The translations under genes and the position numbers were made by a program. A model generated the notes under the pieces. The model was not told where the DNA came from and made no database searches. It was given only the letters and a program-made list of their open reading frames with translations. Below, in pieces: positions 16,442 to 26,076 of a stretch of 29,943 nt of DNA. Position 1 is the first letter of the stretch. Each line of letters opens with the position of its first letter. This DNA is from an uncultured Thermococci archaeon (lineage in GTDB: Archaea; Methanobacteriota_B; Thermococci; Thermococcales; Thermococcaceae): NCBI GenBank assembly GCA_964615185.1, contig CAZTOS010000022.1, positions 1-29,943 of the forward strand, in the 5' to 3' direction.

Positions 16442-19069
16442 ATGGATTTGAAGCCGTTCTATCATGTTGCGATTCCTCATAATGACATAAAGGAGGGGAA
16501 ATTTACTCTCGATACTTTTGCCGCCGATCTCTGGAGTGTGTACCAGAATAAAGGTCCTTTGGAGTACAGAAATCCTAAGCTATTCTGGGAGAGAACATAT
16601 CCCACAAGGGGACTGATAACTCTCCTTGAGTTAGCTGAGAAACGACTCCAAAAAGGCGTTGGAGATGCAGTAATACAGCTCCAGACACCTTTTGGTGGAG
16701 GTAAGACTCATTCTCTCATTGCTTTGTATCATAGGGCTCGTGAATGGAATGCTAATGTTGTTGTCCTTGATGGTACCGTTTTTGATGCTAAGGAAGTCAG
16801 ACTTTGGGAGGAAATGGAACGCCAGCTTACAGGTAAAGTAGAAAGGATGAGAGGAGATACATCACCGGGAAAGGCTAAGATAATGGATCTCCTTGAGGAA
16901 AAGAAGCCTGTCCTGATTCTAATTGATGAGCTCCTTGAATATATGACAAAAGCTGCAGGAATAAAAGTTGGGGAGACGACACTGGCTGATCAGACTCTGG
17001 CGTTTATTCATGAGCTTACTGAAGCTGTAAAGGCAACTGACAGAACATTTTTGGTGATGACTCTGCCTTCAAGTATTTTGGAGCATTATTCTGAAAAAGC
17101 TGAAGAGTACTTCCAAAAGCTTCAAAAAATCTCTGGTAGGGCTGAAAAAGTTTTCACACCCGTTCAGGATGAGGAAATTTATGATGTTGTCAGAAAGAGG
17201 CTCTTCAAGAGAATTGACGATGCCGAGATGGAGAGAATTGTAAAGAAGGTTGTGGAATACTTAGAAAAGGAGAATCTTATTCCTGAAGGAATAACTCCCT
17301 ATCAATATCGAGAGAGATTTCTAAGGAGTTATCCATTCCAGCCAGAAGTGATTGATGTCCTTTACAAAAGATGGGGAAGTCTTCCAAAGTTTCAGAGAAC
17401 ACGAGGTGTGCTTAGGCTTCTTGCAATAGTTGTGCATTCAAACATAGGTAAAGAATTACCCTTCATTCGTTTGGCTGATTTTGATTTAGGTATCAAGGAT
17501 TTGAGAGATGAATTAGTTAGTGTAATTGGTGAAAGCAGGTATTACTCAGTCCTCGATGCAGACATTCTTTCTCCTGATTCTGGGGCTAAGAGGGTTGATA
17601 GGGAACTCGGAGAGTCATATGTACATTATCGTATTGGTACAAAAGCTGCAACGGTAATTTTCATGTACTCTTTCAGCAGTGGGGAGCTAAAAGGTGCTAC
17701 TACAAAGGAGATAAAGCTTTCCACAGCAGACCTTAGATATCCAAGTAGCATTGTGGGGGATGCAATTCTTATGCTAAAGGACAATTTACTCTACCTCCAC
17801 TATAGGGATGGCAGGTACTTTTTCAGCCTTGAACCAAGTCTGAATAAGCTTTTACTTGATGAAATGAACAATGTAACTGAAGAAGAAATAGAGGAGCTTG
17901 AGAGGAGTTTATTGAAAAGTGAAGTGCCTGGAAGGTACTTTAGACCGTATTTGTGGCCTAAAGACTCAAGGGATATTCCTGATAATGATCCTACCCTAAA
18001 GTTAGTTGTTCTCAGGGAATATGACTCAGAGAAGGTTTATCAAATTCTGAATTCATCTGGAAGTACAGCAAGGGTGTACAAGAATACCCTCATTTTCCTC
18101 GTACCTCGTGAAACTGAAAGAGTAGACTTCAACAGAAAAGCTCGTAAGTACATTGCTTGGGAGAGGATAAAGCAAAAATCTGATAGAGGACAACTTGAGC
18201 TCACGAAAGAGCAAAAGGAAGATGTGAGACTCAATGTCAAAAAGGCAAAAGAAGACGTCAAACAAAAGATTTCGGAGTTGTATAGAGTAATTTTGTTGCC
18301 GACGAAACAAAGGTACGAGGAACTTGATCTCGGAATGAAACCTGTGGGAGAAAAGAGCACAATTGAGAAGAGAGTTTATGAAAAGTTGAAGAGCGAAGGA
18401 AAGCTAATTGAAACTATGGCACCTATTGTCATTGAAAAGAAGTATTTAGACGATAAAGAGTACATTTTTACGGATCTTCTCTATGAGAGTTTTCTGAAAA
18501 CGCCTGGGATGCCTCTTGTAAAAAGCAAGAAAGTTCTGGCAGATGCAATAAAGGAGGGGGTAAAAAGAGGAATGTTTGGTCTTGGATATGTAAAAGATGA
18601 GATTATTAGATGCGAGTATTTGGGAGAAGGTGTCTCTCCAACGTTTGAAGAGGGAGAAGCAATAATCAGAAAGGATGTTTGTGAAAGTTTGAGGGTTTCA
18701 AAAGAGGAAGAAGGAGAGCCTACTGAGAAAGAAGGTACGGGAGTTTCAGAAAAAGAAGACGAGTCTGAGGTAACTAAAAAGAGATCTCCAGAAAGAGAGG
18801 GAGAGCCTGTATCATCTGGGAGAGTTGACACAGGAACTACCCATACAGAGGAAACATTTGAACAGCTTGACTTGAGGCTCGAGCTCGGTTCTGGAGTTGG
18901 TGGATTGCGTACGGTTATCAGTGTACTGAATTTCCTAAGAAATAGGTTCGATGACATTGAGGTTACAATTGAAATAAAGGCAAGAAATGGAAAATTGACA
19001 AAGAGGGAGTACGAGGAGAAGGTGTTAGAGGCATTGGAAATGGCAGGTATCAAGGTCGGGCATAAGTAG
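16442..19069 (+). CDS. DUF499-domain AAA+ ATPase (COG1483; HmaC-like)
   Basis: N-terminal PHNDI...FAADL, Walker A TPFGGGKTHS, Walker B LILIDEL, SYPFQPE and FQRTRGVLRLLA. GGTGA RBS favours ATG 16442. Confidence 0.92.
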   Translation: MDLKPFYHVAIPHNDIKEGKFTLDTFAADLWSVYQNKGPLEYRNPKLFWERTYPTRGLITLLELAEKRLQKGVGDAVIQLQTPFGGGKTHSLIALYHRAREWNANVVVLDGTVFDAKEVRLWEEMERQLTGKVERMRGDTSPGKAKIMDLLEEKKPVLILIDELLEYMTKAAGIKVGETTLADQTLAFIHELTEAVKATDRTFLVMTLPSSILEHYSEKAEEYFQKLQKISGRAEKVFTPVQDEEIYDVVRKRLFKRIDDAEMERIVKKVVEYLEKENLIPEGITPYQYRERFLRSYPFQPEVIDVLYKRWGSLPKFQRTRGVLRLLAIVVHSNIGKELPFIRLADFDLGIKDLRDELVSVIGESRYYSVLDADILSPDSGAKRVDRELGESYVHYRIGTKAATVIFMYSFSSGELKGATTKEIKLSTADLRYPSSIVGDAILMLKDNLLYLHYRDGRYFFSLEPSLNKLLLDEMNNVTEEEIEELERSLLKSEVPGRYFRPYLWPKDSRDIPDNDPTLKLVVLREYDSEKVYQILNSSGSTARVYKNTLIFLVPRETERVDFNRKARKYIAWERIKQKSDRGQLELTKEQKEDVRLNVKKAKEDVKQKISELYRVILLPTKQRYEELDLGMKPVGEKSTIEKRVYEKLKSEGKLIETMAPIVIEKKYLDDKEYIFTDLLYESFLKTPGMPLVKSKKVLADAIKEGVKRGMFGLGYVKDEIIRCEYLGEGVSPTFEEGEAIIRKDVCESLRVSKEEEGEPTEKEGTGVSEKEDESEVTKKRSPEREGEPVSSGRVDTGTTHTEETFEQLDLRLELGSGVGGLRTVISVLNFLRNRFDDIEVTIEIKARNGKLTKREYEEKVLEALEMAGIKVGHK

Positions 19070-19076
19070 TAGCGGT

Positions 19077-19119
19077 TATTTCTTTTTTCTTTTATTTAGT
19101 TCATGAAAAAGAAAAAGCC
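19077..19119. terminator. Bidirectional oligo(T) terminator between convergent genes
   Basis: TATTTCTTTTTTCTTTT after the ATPase stop, and an A-rich tract (T-rich on the minus strand) after uppS. Confidence 0.5.
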
Positions 19120-19138
19120 AAAAACAATAGGCTTTTAA

Positions 19139-19939
19139 CTACTTCCCAAACCGTCTCTCCCTCTTCTGATACTCCCTAATTATCCTAAGAAAGTCTATTT
19201 TTCTGAATTCCGGGAAGTACACATCAACGAAGAAAAGTTCGCTGTAGGCAATTTGATAAAGCAAAAAGTTGCTTATCCTGATCTCGCCACCAGTTCTTAT
19301 GACAATGTCAGGGTCAGGCATGTTTGGAATGTAGAGATATTTTTTCAAAAGCTCCTCATCAATATCTTCTTTGGTTATTTTTCCACCTTCAATATCGTCA
19401 ACAATCCGTTTTATTGCATCAACTATCTCACTCCTTCCCCCATATGCCAAGGCTATGTTTAGAATGTGATTGGTGTACTTTTTTGTAACTCTCTCAACTT
19501 CCTCAGCAGCTTTTCTCACGTTTCCTGGAAGTAATTCTCTTCTTCCAATTATATTAACTCTCATGCCATACTTATGAACCCTTTCATCATGAACCAATTC
19601 CCTGAACTTCTGCTCAAAAAGATTCATGAGGGCATTGACTTCTTCAGGACTTCTCTTGAAGTTCTCAGTAGAAAATGCATAGACAGTTAAAGCCTTAATG
19701 CCAAGTTCTCTACACCACTCTAAGATTTCCTCAAGCTTCTTGGAGCCAAAGAAATGTCCATACCAAGGGGGCTTCTCAAGCTTTCTTGCCCATCTCCTAT
19801 TGCCGTCCATTATAATGGCAACATGCTTGGGAATCTTTCCATTAGCCTTAACCCGCTCGAATAAGTAGCGTTCATACAGATCGTAAACAGGTTTGAATAA
19901 AGTATGAGGAATGTGGGAAATTATCCTATAAATTAACAT
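19139..19939 (-). CDS. uppS: cis-prenyltransferase (undecaprenyl diphosphate synthase family)
   Basis: HVAIIMDGNRRWA, YAFSTENF, YGGRSEI, IRTGGEIRISNFLLYQ. Confidence 0.96.
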   Translation of the reverse strand: MLIYRIISHIPHTLFKPVYDLYERYLFERVKANGKIPKHVAIIMDGNRRWARKLEKPPWYGHFFGSKKLEEILEWCRELGIKALTVYAFSTENFKRSPEEVNALMNLFEQKFRELVHDERVHKYGMRVNIIGRRELLPGNVRKAAEEVERVTKKYTNHILNIALAYGGRSEIVDAIKRIVDDIEGGKITKEDIDEELLKKYLYIPNMPDPDIVIRTGGEIRISNFLLYQIAYSELFFVDVYFPEFRKIDFLRIIREYQKRERRFGK

Positions 19940-19945
19940 TTAACA

Positions 19946-20470
19946 TCACTCTATTCGTTTTCTGCTTTTAAGGTGCTTTTCAGCGAGTCCCATATAAATT
20001 TCAGCGTTCTTTTTAGTCCACTCAATTTCCTCTTCGCTGAGTTGTCTAACTACTTTTCCTGGAACACCAATGACCAAACTGTAATCTGGAATCTCTTTTC
20101 CTGGCGGAATTAACGCTCCGGCTCCAATGATAACATGGTCTCCTATCTTTGCCCCATCAAGAACAATAGCACCCATTCCTATGATGACGTAATTTCCAAC
20201 CCTTGTCCCATGAATAACTGCATTATGGCCAATAGTTACATATTCACCGATTATTGTAGGCTGTTCATGTGATGTGTGTATGCTGACATTATCCTGTATA
20301 TTTGAGCCTTTTCCAACGTAAATCTGTTCAATATCTCCCCTTAGAACGGCTGAGGGCCAGACACTGGTTTTCTCTTCAAGAACAACATCTCCAATTATGA
20401 TAGCATTTTCATCAACAAAAGCGGTTTCATGAATTTTAGGCTTCTTCCCCTCAAACTCATAAATCGCCAT
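19946..20470 (-). CDS. Gamma carbonic anhydrase family protein
   Basis: Hexapeptide repeats; LRGD, NIQDNVSIH, TIGHNAVIHG with Zn-binding His residues. Confidence 0.93.
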   Translation of the reverse strand: MAIYEFEGKKPKIHETAFVDENAIIIGDVVLEEKTSVWPSAVLRGDIEQIYVGKGSNIQDNVSIHTSHEQPTIIGEYVTIGHNAVIHGTRVGNYVIIGMGAIVLDGAKIGDHVIIGAGALIPPGKEIPDYSLVIGVPGKVVRQLSEEEIEWTKKNAEIYMGLAEKHLKSRKRIE

Positions 20471-20562
20471 CTTTATCACCAAATTGAACTTTCCGGCATA
20501 GCTTATAAATCTTCACTACATAAGATTCTAATGGTAACTGACATTGAAATTGAGGGGAGAAC

Positions 20563-20967
20563 ATGAGGTACAGAAAAGGTGCAAATGCTGAAAGAGAACT
20601 CATTAGAATGCTTGAAAAAGAAGGATTTGCTGTTATTCGTTCTGCTGGAAGCAAAAAAGTTGATATAGTTGCCGGAAATGGCAGGCTTTACCTGTGTATT
20701 GAGGTTAAGAGCACTAAAGGGGAGAAGCTTTACATTAATGAGGAGGAAATCAGTAAGTTAACAAGCTTTGCAGAAAAATTTGGAGGTAAAGCGATCATAG
20801 CGGTAAAGTTCATTAACAATGGATGGTACTTTCTTTATCCGAATCAGCTGATGAAAAGCGGTAAGAATTATAAAATAATGCTAAGGGATGTAAAGTATAA
20901 AGGATCAAGGTTTGATGAGATAATTGGGAAACAGAAGTCTTTAGATGAGGTGATTAAGCGTGAATAA
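20563..20967 (+). CDS. hjc: Archaeal Holliday junction resolvase Hjc
   Basis: [31 protein letters not shown]. Confidence 0.95.
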   Translation: MRYRKGANAERELIRMLEKEGFAVIRSAGSKKVDIVAGNGRLYLCIEVKSTKGEKLYINEEEISKLTSFAEKFGGKAIIAVKFINNGWYFLYPNQLMKSGKNYKIMLRDVKYKGSRFDEIIGKQKSLDEVIKRE

Positions 20968-22501
20968 ATGGCTTGCCCTCGCTTTAATTTTTGTTCTTAT
21001 CCTTCCCGTGATCCCATTGGTGAGAGCTCAACCCCTGATTATAATAGGTGTTTCGCAAGATTATTTTGAGGGTAAACCTGGAGATGCTATAAAAATCCCC
21101 GTTACAGTTAGAAATGTAGGAAATGAAACCGCTTATAATGTAACAGTTTACATATCTGGACCCGTTAAGGGTTTCCAGTACACAATGGCGGTAATGTCTA
21201 AGCTTGAACCAAATCAAAATACAAGTGTCGAGCTTACAATCTACATCAAAGATGATGCAAGGGCTGGGACATATGATTTGAAGATTGTTGGACGTGCCGG
21301 TGCTTTGCTCTTTGAAAAGCCAATAAAGGTTAGGGTTCTTACAGTCATTAACTATAAGCTTGACATTCAAGTTGAGAACAAATATCTCTATGGCAGTAAC
21401 ATTGAGGCAAACCTTGTAGTTAGATCCCTTTCAAATGGAGTCATGATTGGGACAATAAGTTATGAACTGTATTCTGAAGAGGGTTTGCTGAAAAAGAATT
21501 CTTGGGTAACCTACATAAATCCTCAAGAGAAATGGGAGTACACAGTCTTTTTGCCAAAGCCAAAAGTTGGAAAGTACACGATAATTCTAAGAGCAGAGTT
21601 TGGTGGAGTTACAAAGACACTCACAAAGAGCTTCATAGTATACAGAAGGAACCTTACCTATGATGCATATTTTGAGAATGGCATAATTTATGTTAGGGTC
21701 ATAGATAAAGAGGGGAATGGAGTTAAAGACATACCCGTCGAAATTGATGGAGTACTTTTTAAAACAGATCCATATGGATTTGTTAAGTACGAAGTTAAAA
21801 AACCAGGAGTTTACAAGATAAAGCTGAATCTTGATGGAAAAATTGTTCAAACCTTTGTTGAAGTTAAAAAGTTATTCATTAGCTGGGAGCAGAAAAATGA
21901 GACGTTAATTGTTTATGTGAGAGATGCCTCCGGAAAAGGAATTCCTAATGTTAGCCTTGAAGCGGTAGGGCCAAGTGGCAAAGCTTATGCAGTAACAGAC
22001 GAAAATGGACAAGCAGAGATAAGCTTAAACGAAACTGGTTATGGTTTAATTACAATAAAAGCAGAGAGCTCAAGGTACATTGGGTCTGAAGTGAGTATAA
22101 CCGTTGAAAAACCCAAACACAAGGAAACTTCAACCATAACAATAACCACGACACCAACTTCAACACATATTAACGAGACTTCCCCTCAAATTGAGCAACC
22201 AAAGAAAACCTATGGCTATCTTCCAATAATTCTCATTCTTTCAACAATGCTCTTCGGGATTACTTCATATGCAGCATTTTTCATGCCGATAAAACTTGAA
22301 GAGCAGCTTGATAGGTACTACTTTGTTAAAGTTAAAGCTCCAAAGCTAAGAGGCATTAAAAACTTCAGGTACGAGAAGGTGATAAATGCAGTTGATGCAA
22401 GGGCAACAAAAGGCAAAGTCAGCATTGACGATAACAAAGTTGTGTGGGAGATTGAAGAGCTTGAGCCCGAAGAAGAGGCATTTCTGCAGGTTTTGCTTTG
22501 A
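20960..22501 (+). CDS. Exported multi-Ig-like-domain membrane protein (COG1470/CARDB-like)
   Basis: Signal peptide, repeated beta-sandwich motifs (TVRNVGN, GTYDLKI, GKYTIIL), a Thr-rich linker and a C-terminal transmembrane helix. Confidence 0.75.
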   Translation: MNKWLALALIFVLILPVIPLVRAQPLIIIGVSQDYFEGKPGDAIKIPVTVRNVGNETAYNVTVYISGPVKGFQYTMAVMSKLEPNQNTSVELTIYIKDDARAGTYDLKIVGRAGALLFEKPIKVRVLTVINYKLDIQVENKYLYGSNIEANLVVRSLSNGVMIGTISYELYSEEGLLKKNSWVTYINPQEKWEYTVFLPKPKVGKYTIILRAEFGGVTKTLTKSFIVYRRNLTYDAYFENGIIYVRVIDKEGNGVKDIPVEIDGVLFKTDPYGFVKYEVKKPGVYKIKLNLDGKIVQTFVEVKKLFISWEQKNETLIVYVRDASGKGIPNVSLEAVGPSGKAYAVTDENGQAEISLNETGYGLITIKAESSRYIGSEVSITVEKPKHKETSTITITTTPTSTHINETSPQIEQPKKTYGYLPIILILSTMLFGITSYAAFFMPIKLEEQLDRYYFVKVKAPKLRGIKNFRYEKVINAVDARATKGKVSIDDNKVVWEIEELEPEEEAFLQVLL

Positions 22502-22589
22502 TTCTATATTTTGATCTTCCATCAACCACATAAAACCTTTTAAGTAAAACTAATCACATTAAGATAAGAATCTAAACGAGGTGTTGAGA

Positions 22590-23627
22590 ATGGTAGACTT
22601 TGAGCTTTTGAGAAAACTTGTTGAAGCTCCAGGTGTCAGCGGCTACGAGTTTCTGGGAATTAGAGATGTAGTTATTGAGGCTTTGAAAGATCATGTTGAT
22701 GAAATCAAAATTGATAAGCTCGGCAACGTAATCGCTCATAAGAAAGGAGACAAGCCAAGGATTATGATTGCAGCACACATGGACAAGATAGGCTTGATGG
22801 TTAATCACATCGACAAGAACGGTTATCTTCATGTGGTCCCAATTGGTGGAGTTGATCCAAGAACTTTAGTTGCTCAGAGAGTCAGAATATTCACAGAGAA
22901 CGGAGAGCTCTATGGAGTCGTTGGTCACATTCCACCGCACCTAACAAAGCCTGAGGAAAGAAAGAAAGCTGCCGATTGGGATACAATTGTCGTTGATGTC
23001 GGTGCCGATTCAAAAGAAGAAGCTGAGAAGATGGGAATTAAAGTCGGAACAGTTATGGAATTTGCCCCGGCATTTACAAGGCTCACTGAAAATAGATTTG
23101 CTTCACCATATCTTGATGACAGGATATGTCTTTATGCAATGATAGAAGCCGCAAGAAATTTAGAAAATCATGAGGCGGACATATACTTCGTTGCAAGCGT
23201 TCAGGAAGAGGTCGGTCTGAGAGGTGCAAGGGTTGCAAGCTATGCAATTGATCCAGAGATTGGAATTGCTATGGACGTAACATTTGCAAAACAGCCTGGA
23301 GATAAAGATAAAATTGTTGTTGAACTCGGCAAAGGGCCTGTCATGGATGTCGGTCCAAACATTAACCCCAAAGTCAGGGCATTTGCTGAAGAAGTTGCCA
23401 AGAAATATAATATTCCTCTTCAAGTTGAACCAAGCCCAAGACCAACAGGAACAGATGCAAACATCATGCAGATTAATAGAGAAGGCGTTGCAACTGCTGT
23501 CTTAAGTATTCCAGTCAAATACATGCACTCACAAGTTGAATTAGCTGATGCAAGAGACGTGGACAATACAATCAAGCTTGCCAAATACCTTCTTGAAGAG
23601 CTCAAGCCTATTGACTTGGTTCCTTGA
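22590..23627 (+). CDS. M42 family (TET) aminopeptidase, lysyl aminopeptidase type
   Basis: [38 protein letters not shown]. Confidence 0.93.
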   Translation: MVDFELLRKLVEAPGVSGYEFLGIRDVVIEALKDHVDEIKIDKLGNVIAHKKGDKPRIMIAAHMDKIGLMVNHIDKNGYLHVVPIGGVDPRTLVAQRVRIFTENGELYGVVGHIPPHLTKPEERKKAADWDTIVVDVGADSKEEAEKMGIKVGTVMEFAPAFTRLTENRFASPYLDDRICLYAMIEAARNLENHEADIYFVASVQEEVGLRGARVASYAIDPEIGIAMDVTFAKQPGDKDKIVVELGKGPVMDVGPNINPKVRAFAEEVAKKYNIPLQVEPSPRPTGTDANIMQINREGVATAVLSIPVKYMHSQVELADARDVDNTIKLAKYLLEELKPIDLVP

Positions 23628-23679
23628 TTTATCCTTACCTTTTTCCAAAAGCCTTATCTTTTCTTAGTGCGAGTTATTA

Positions 23680-24123
23680 TTGGTGTTTGATTTGGAGGAC
23701 AAGATTCGACATAAAAAGGAATTAATTGAGATGAGCCTGAAAATTATTCGGGAAAATCTCCCGGATTCTTTGGAGAGCTTTTTAAAGATGGGGCTTGAAA
23801 AAGATGGAATATACAAGCAACTTGAATTTGCCCTCCAAAATGTTCTGGATATATGTAACGAGATAAACTCCACTCTTGAGCTTGGCATAGTGATTGGATA
23901 TAAGGATATTATTGGGAACCTTCATAAGGCAAAAATAATAGATGATAGCCTTAAGAAAAAACTGGAGTTTTTGATACAGCTTAGAGAAGTTCTGATTTAC
24001 AATTATGACCTTATACGAGATGAAATAGCCTTTAAAAATATGCCTGAATACTTAGCTATGATTGAAGACTTTTTGGCATTCACTCAAAGATTCCTTGAGG
24101 GACAAAAATGGCTGGAATCTTAG
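23680..24123 (+). CDS. DUF86/HEPN-family protein with degenerate RxxxxH motif
   Basis: LEFALQNVLDIC...GYKDIIGNL...LREVLIYNY, with Tyr where the His is expected. Confidence 0.7.
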   Translation: MVFDLEDKIRHKKELIEMSLKIIRENLPDSLESFLKMGLEKDGIYKQLEFALQNVLDICNEINSTLELGIVIGYKDIIGNLHKAKIIDDSLKKKLEFLIQLREVLIYNYDLIRDEIAFKNMPEYLAMIEDFLAFTQRFLEGQKWLES

Positions 24124-24662
24124 TGATTCCTATAGTTGCAAAAGAAGTAGAGAGAGATGTTATCAGAGCTATTGTTGACTATGTTAGACAATTTTATTCA
24201 AAATTTGGATTAGGAGTGACAATTCTACCAAAAATCAGTATAAGAAGATTTTCTGCGGGATACAATGAAATTAGAGGTCAGTTTTTAGGAAGGGTTTTTC
24301 TCCCTGTTTTAGGGAAGATTCGCAACGAACTCGGAGCCAAAGCTATCCTGGGAATAACAGACGTAGATTTATATGAGGAAGGCCTAAACTTCATATTTGG
24401 GCTTGCAAGTCCATATTCAAAAGCAGCGATCATTTCACTGTATAGACTCAAACCTGAATTCTATGGAGAGAAAGATGGAGAACTATTGATAGATAGGTCA
24501 ATAAAGGAAGCAATGCATGAGTTAGGTCACGTTTTTGGCCTTGACCATTGTCCCAATCCCAAGTGTGTTATGCACTTCTCCAATTCAATTCTCGATACAG
24601 ATTTTAAAGGTAGAGATTATTGTGATAGGTGCATAAAGAAGCTTGAGGTGACATTAGGATGA
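24108..24662 (+). CDS. amzA: Archaemetzincin (M54 zinc metalloprotease)
   Basis: LNFIFGLA, HELGHVFGLDHCPNPKCVMHFSNS, CDRC. Confidence 0.93.
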   Translation: MAGILVIPIVAKEVERDVIRAIVDYVRQFYSKFGLGVTILPKISIRRFSAGYNEIRGQFLGRVFLPVLGKIRNELGAKAILGITDVDLYEEGLNFIFGLASPYSKAAIISLYRLKPEFYGEKDGELLIDRSIKEAMHELGHVFGLDHCPNPKCVMHFSNSILDTDFKGRDYCDRCIKKLEVTLG

Positions 24663-25207
24663 TTGAAGTTGAGCTTAAAGGATATGCAGATGATAAAATT
24701 TTTGAAAAAGTTAGAGAAAGGTTTAAGTTCATGAGAAAGGAAGTGCATGAGGACATTTATTATCAACACCCATGTAGAGATTTTTCAAAAACAGATGAAG
24801 CTTTGAGAATTCGAATAAAACGTTTTAACGGTCATTTTGAGGTATTCCTCACATATAAGGGACCTAAGCTGGACACCATGTCAAAAACTCGGAAAGAAAT
24901 AGAAGTCCCGATAAGTGACGTTGACGCATATTCTGCTCTACTCTCATATCTCGGATTTAAGGAGGTTTTAACAATTAGAAAGGTCAGGGAAAAATACTAT
25001 GTTGAAAAAGGGGTTACGATAACGCTTGATGAGGTTGAGGGATTAGGAAAGTTTATCGAGATTGAAAAACTTGTTAAAGAGGGAGAAAATATTCAAAAAG
25101 AAGTAAGAAAACTTCGTATGATTCTTAAAAATCTCGGTGTTGAGAAATTTGAACGAAAATCATACTTAGAGCTTCTGCTCGAGAAGTTGAAGGTTCAAAA
25201 AATATAA
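24659..25207 (+). CDS. cyaB: CYTH-domain protein (class IV adenylate cyclase/CyaB-like triphosphate tunnel enzyme)
   Basis: N-terminal EVELK, DEALRIR, LTYKGPK, KTRKEIE, FIEIE, RKSYLELL. Confidence 0.88.
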   Translation: MIEVELKGYADDKIFEKVRERFKFMRKEVHEDIYYQHPCRDFSKTDEALRIRIKRFNGHFEVFLTYKGPKLDTMSKTRKEIEVPISDVDAYSALLSYLGFKEVLTIRKVREKYYVEKGVTITLDEVEGLGKFIEIEKLVKEGENIQKEVRKLRMILKNLGVEKFERKSYLELLLEKLKVQKI

Positions 25208-25226
25208 AGGATGCATTACCAAGATT

Positions 25227-26075
25227 TTAGCATTTGTTTTTTATAATATCTCTTAACTTCATTATGAGCTCTTTCTCACTGAAGGCAGATTTTTCCAAAA
25301 GTCCCTCTTTCTTTAGCCTGTGGGATATCTTAACACTGGCTGGTAATCTAATCCCAAGGTTTTGAAGAAGCTCTACTTCCTCAAAGACCTTCTTGGGTTT
25401 GCCCTCTACAACTATTTCTCCCTTGTCGAGAACTACGACCCTATCTGCAAAACTCAGAATGTACTCAGTATTATGTTCTACTAAAACTATTGTGATTCCC
25501 TGTTCTTTATTCAGGAGTGTTATCAAGCTCAATACTTGCTCTCTACCAAGGGGATCAAGTTGGGATGTGGGCTCATCCAGAACCAAAACTTCAGGCTTCA
25601 TTGCCAATACACTTGCAATTGCCAGCCTTTGTTTTTGACCACCGCTTAAATTTGGCGGAAATTCTCTCTCAAGTCCTTCCAATCCTGCTATCCTAAGTGC
25701 CCACTTAATCCTCCTTTTTATTTCCTCTGGATCCAATCCCAGATTTTCAAGACCAAAAGCAACCTCTTCTTCAACGGTCATGTTAAAAAGCTGAGAATCT
25801 GGATTTTGAAGAACAAGACCCACAATTGTGGACAGTTTTGCAACGCTTGTCTCTTTTGTATTGTAGCCCTTTACGTAAACATTCCCTCTAAACTCTCCCC
25901 TTATGGAATGGGGTATTATCCCATTGAATGTTAAACATAGCGTTGACTTTCCACTCCCACTTGGTCCAAGTATCCCCACGAATTCTCCCTTCTTTATTTT
26001 CAAATTGATGTCTTTGAGGGAATAACTCTTGGCTCTTGAGTATCTGAAACTCAGATCTTCAATCCTTATGAGCAT
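25227..26075 (-). CDS. Energy-coupling factor transporter ATPase (EcfA/CbiO family)
   Basis: GPSGSGKST, QNPDSQLF, LSGGQKQR, LDEPTSQLDP. Confidence 0.92.
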   Translation of the reverse strand: MLIRIEDLSFRYSRAKSYSLKDINLKIKKGEFVGILGPSGSGKSTLCLTFNGIIPHSIRGEFRGNVYVKGYNTKETSVAKLSTIVGLVLQNPDSQLFNMTVEEEVAFGLENLGLDPEEIKRRIKWALRIAGLEGLEREFPPNLSGGQKQRLAIASVLAMKPEVLVLDEPTSQLDPLGREQVLSLITLLNKEQGITIVLVEHNTEYILSFADRVVVLDKGEIVVEGKPKKVFEEVELLQNLGIRLPASVKISHRLKKEGLLEKSAFSEKELIMKLRDIIKNKC

Positions 26076-26076
26076 T

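Larger units (their letters stand above)
4420..19100. mobile_element. tRNA-Thr-anchored genomic (defence) island, probably an immobilised remnant of an integrative element
   Basis: It begins at the tRNA 3' end with the integrase-like remnant, contains only accessory/defence-type genes, and core genes resume at uppS. The right boundary is approximate because no att repeat is visible. Confidence 0.7.

Noticed and set aside
18481..19053. 190-aa antisense ORF and the many other 60-130 aa ORFs nested in long genes
   Set aside because: They are Ser/Phe-rich shadows of Glu/Lys-rich sense genes and fully overlap well-supported CDSs.
19070..19138. Searched for attR (duplicate of the tRNA-Thr 3' half) or an Int(C) at the island's right edge
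   Set aside because: Only T-rich and A-rich terminator-like sequence is present; no tRNA-like repeat was found.
20563..20967. Hjc as part of the mobile island
   Set aside because: It is a core archaeal gene within the uppS / gamma-carbonic anhydrase housekeeping block, beyond the island boundary.
24659..25207. CYTH 'adenylate cyclase' as an immune signalling enzyme linked to the HEPN gene
   Set aside because: CYTH proteins are widespread archaeal housekeeping triphosphatases. This one lies outside the island, and the HEPN motif is degenerate.
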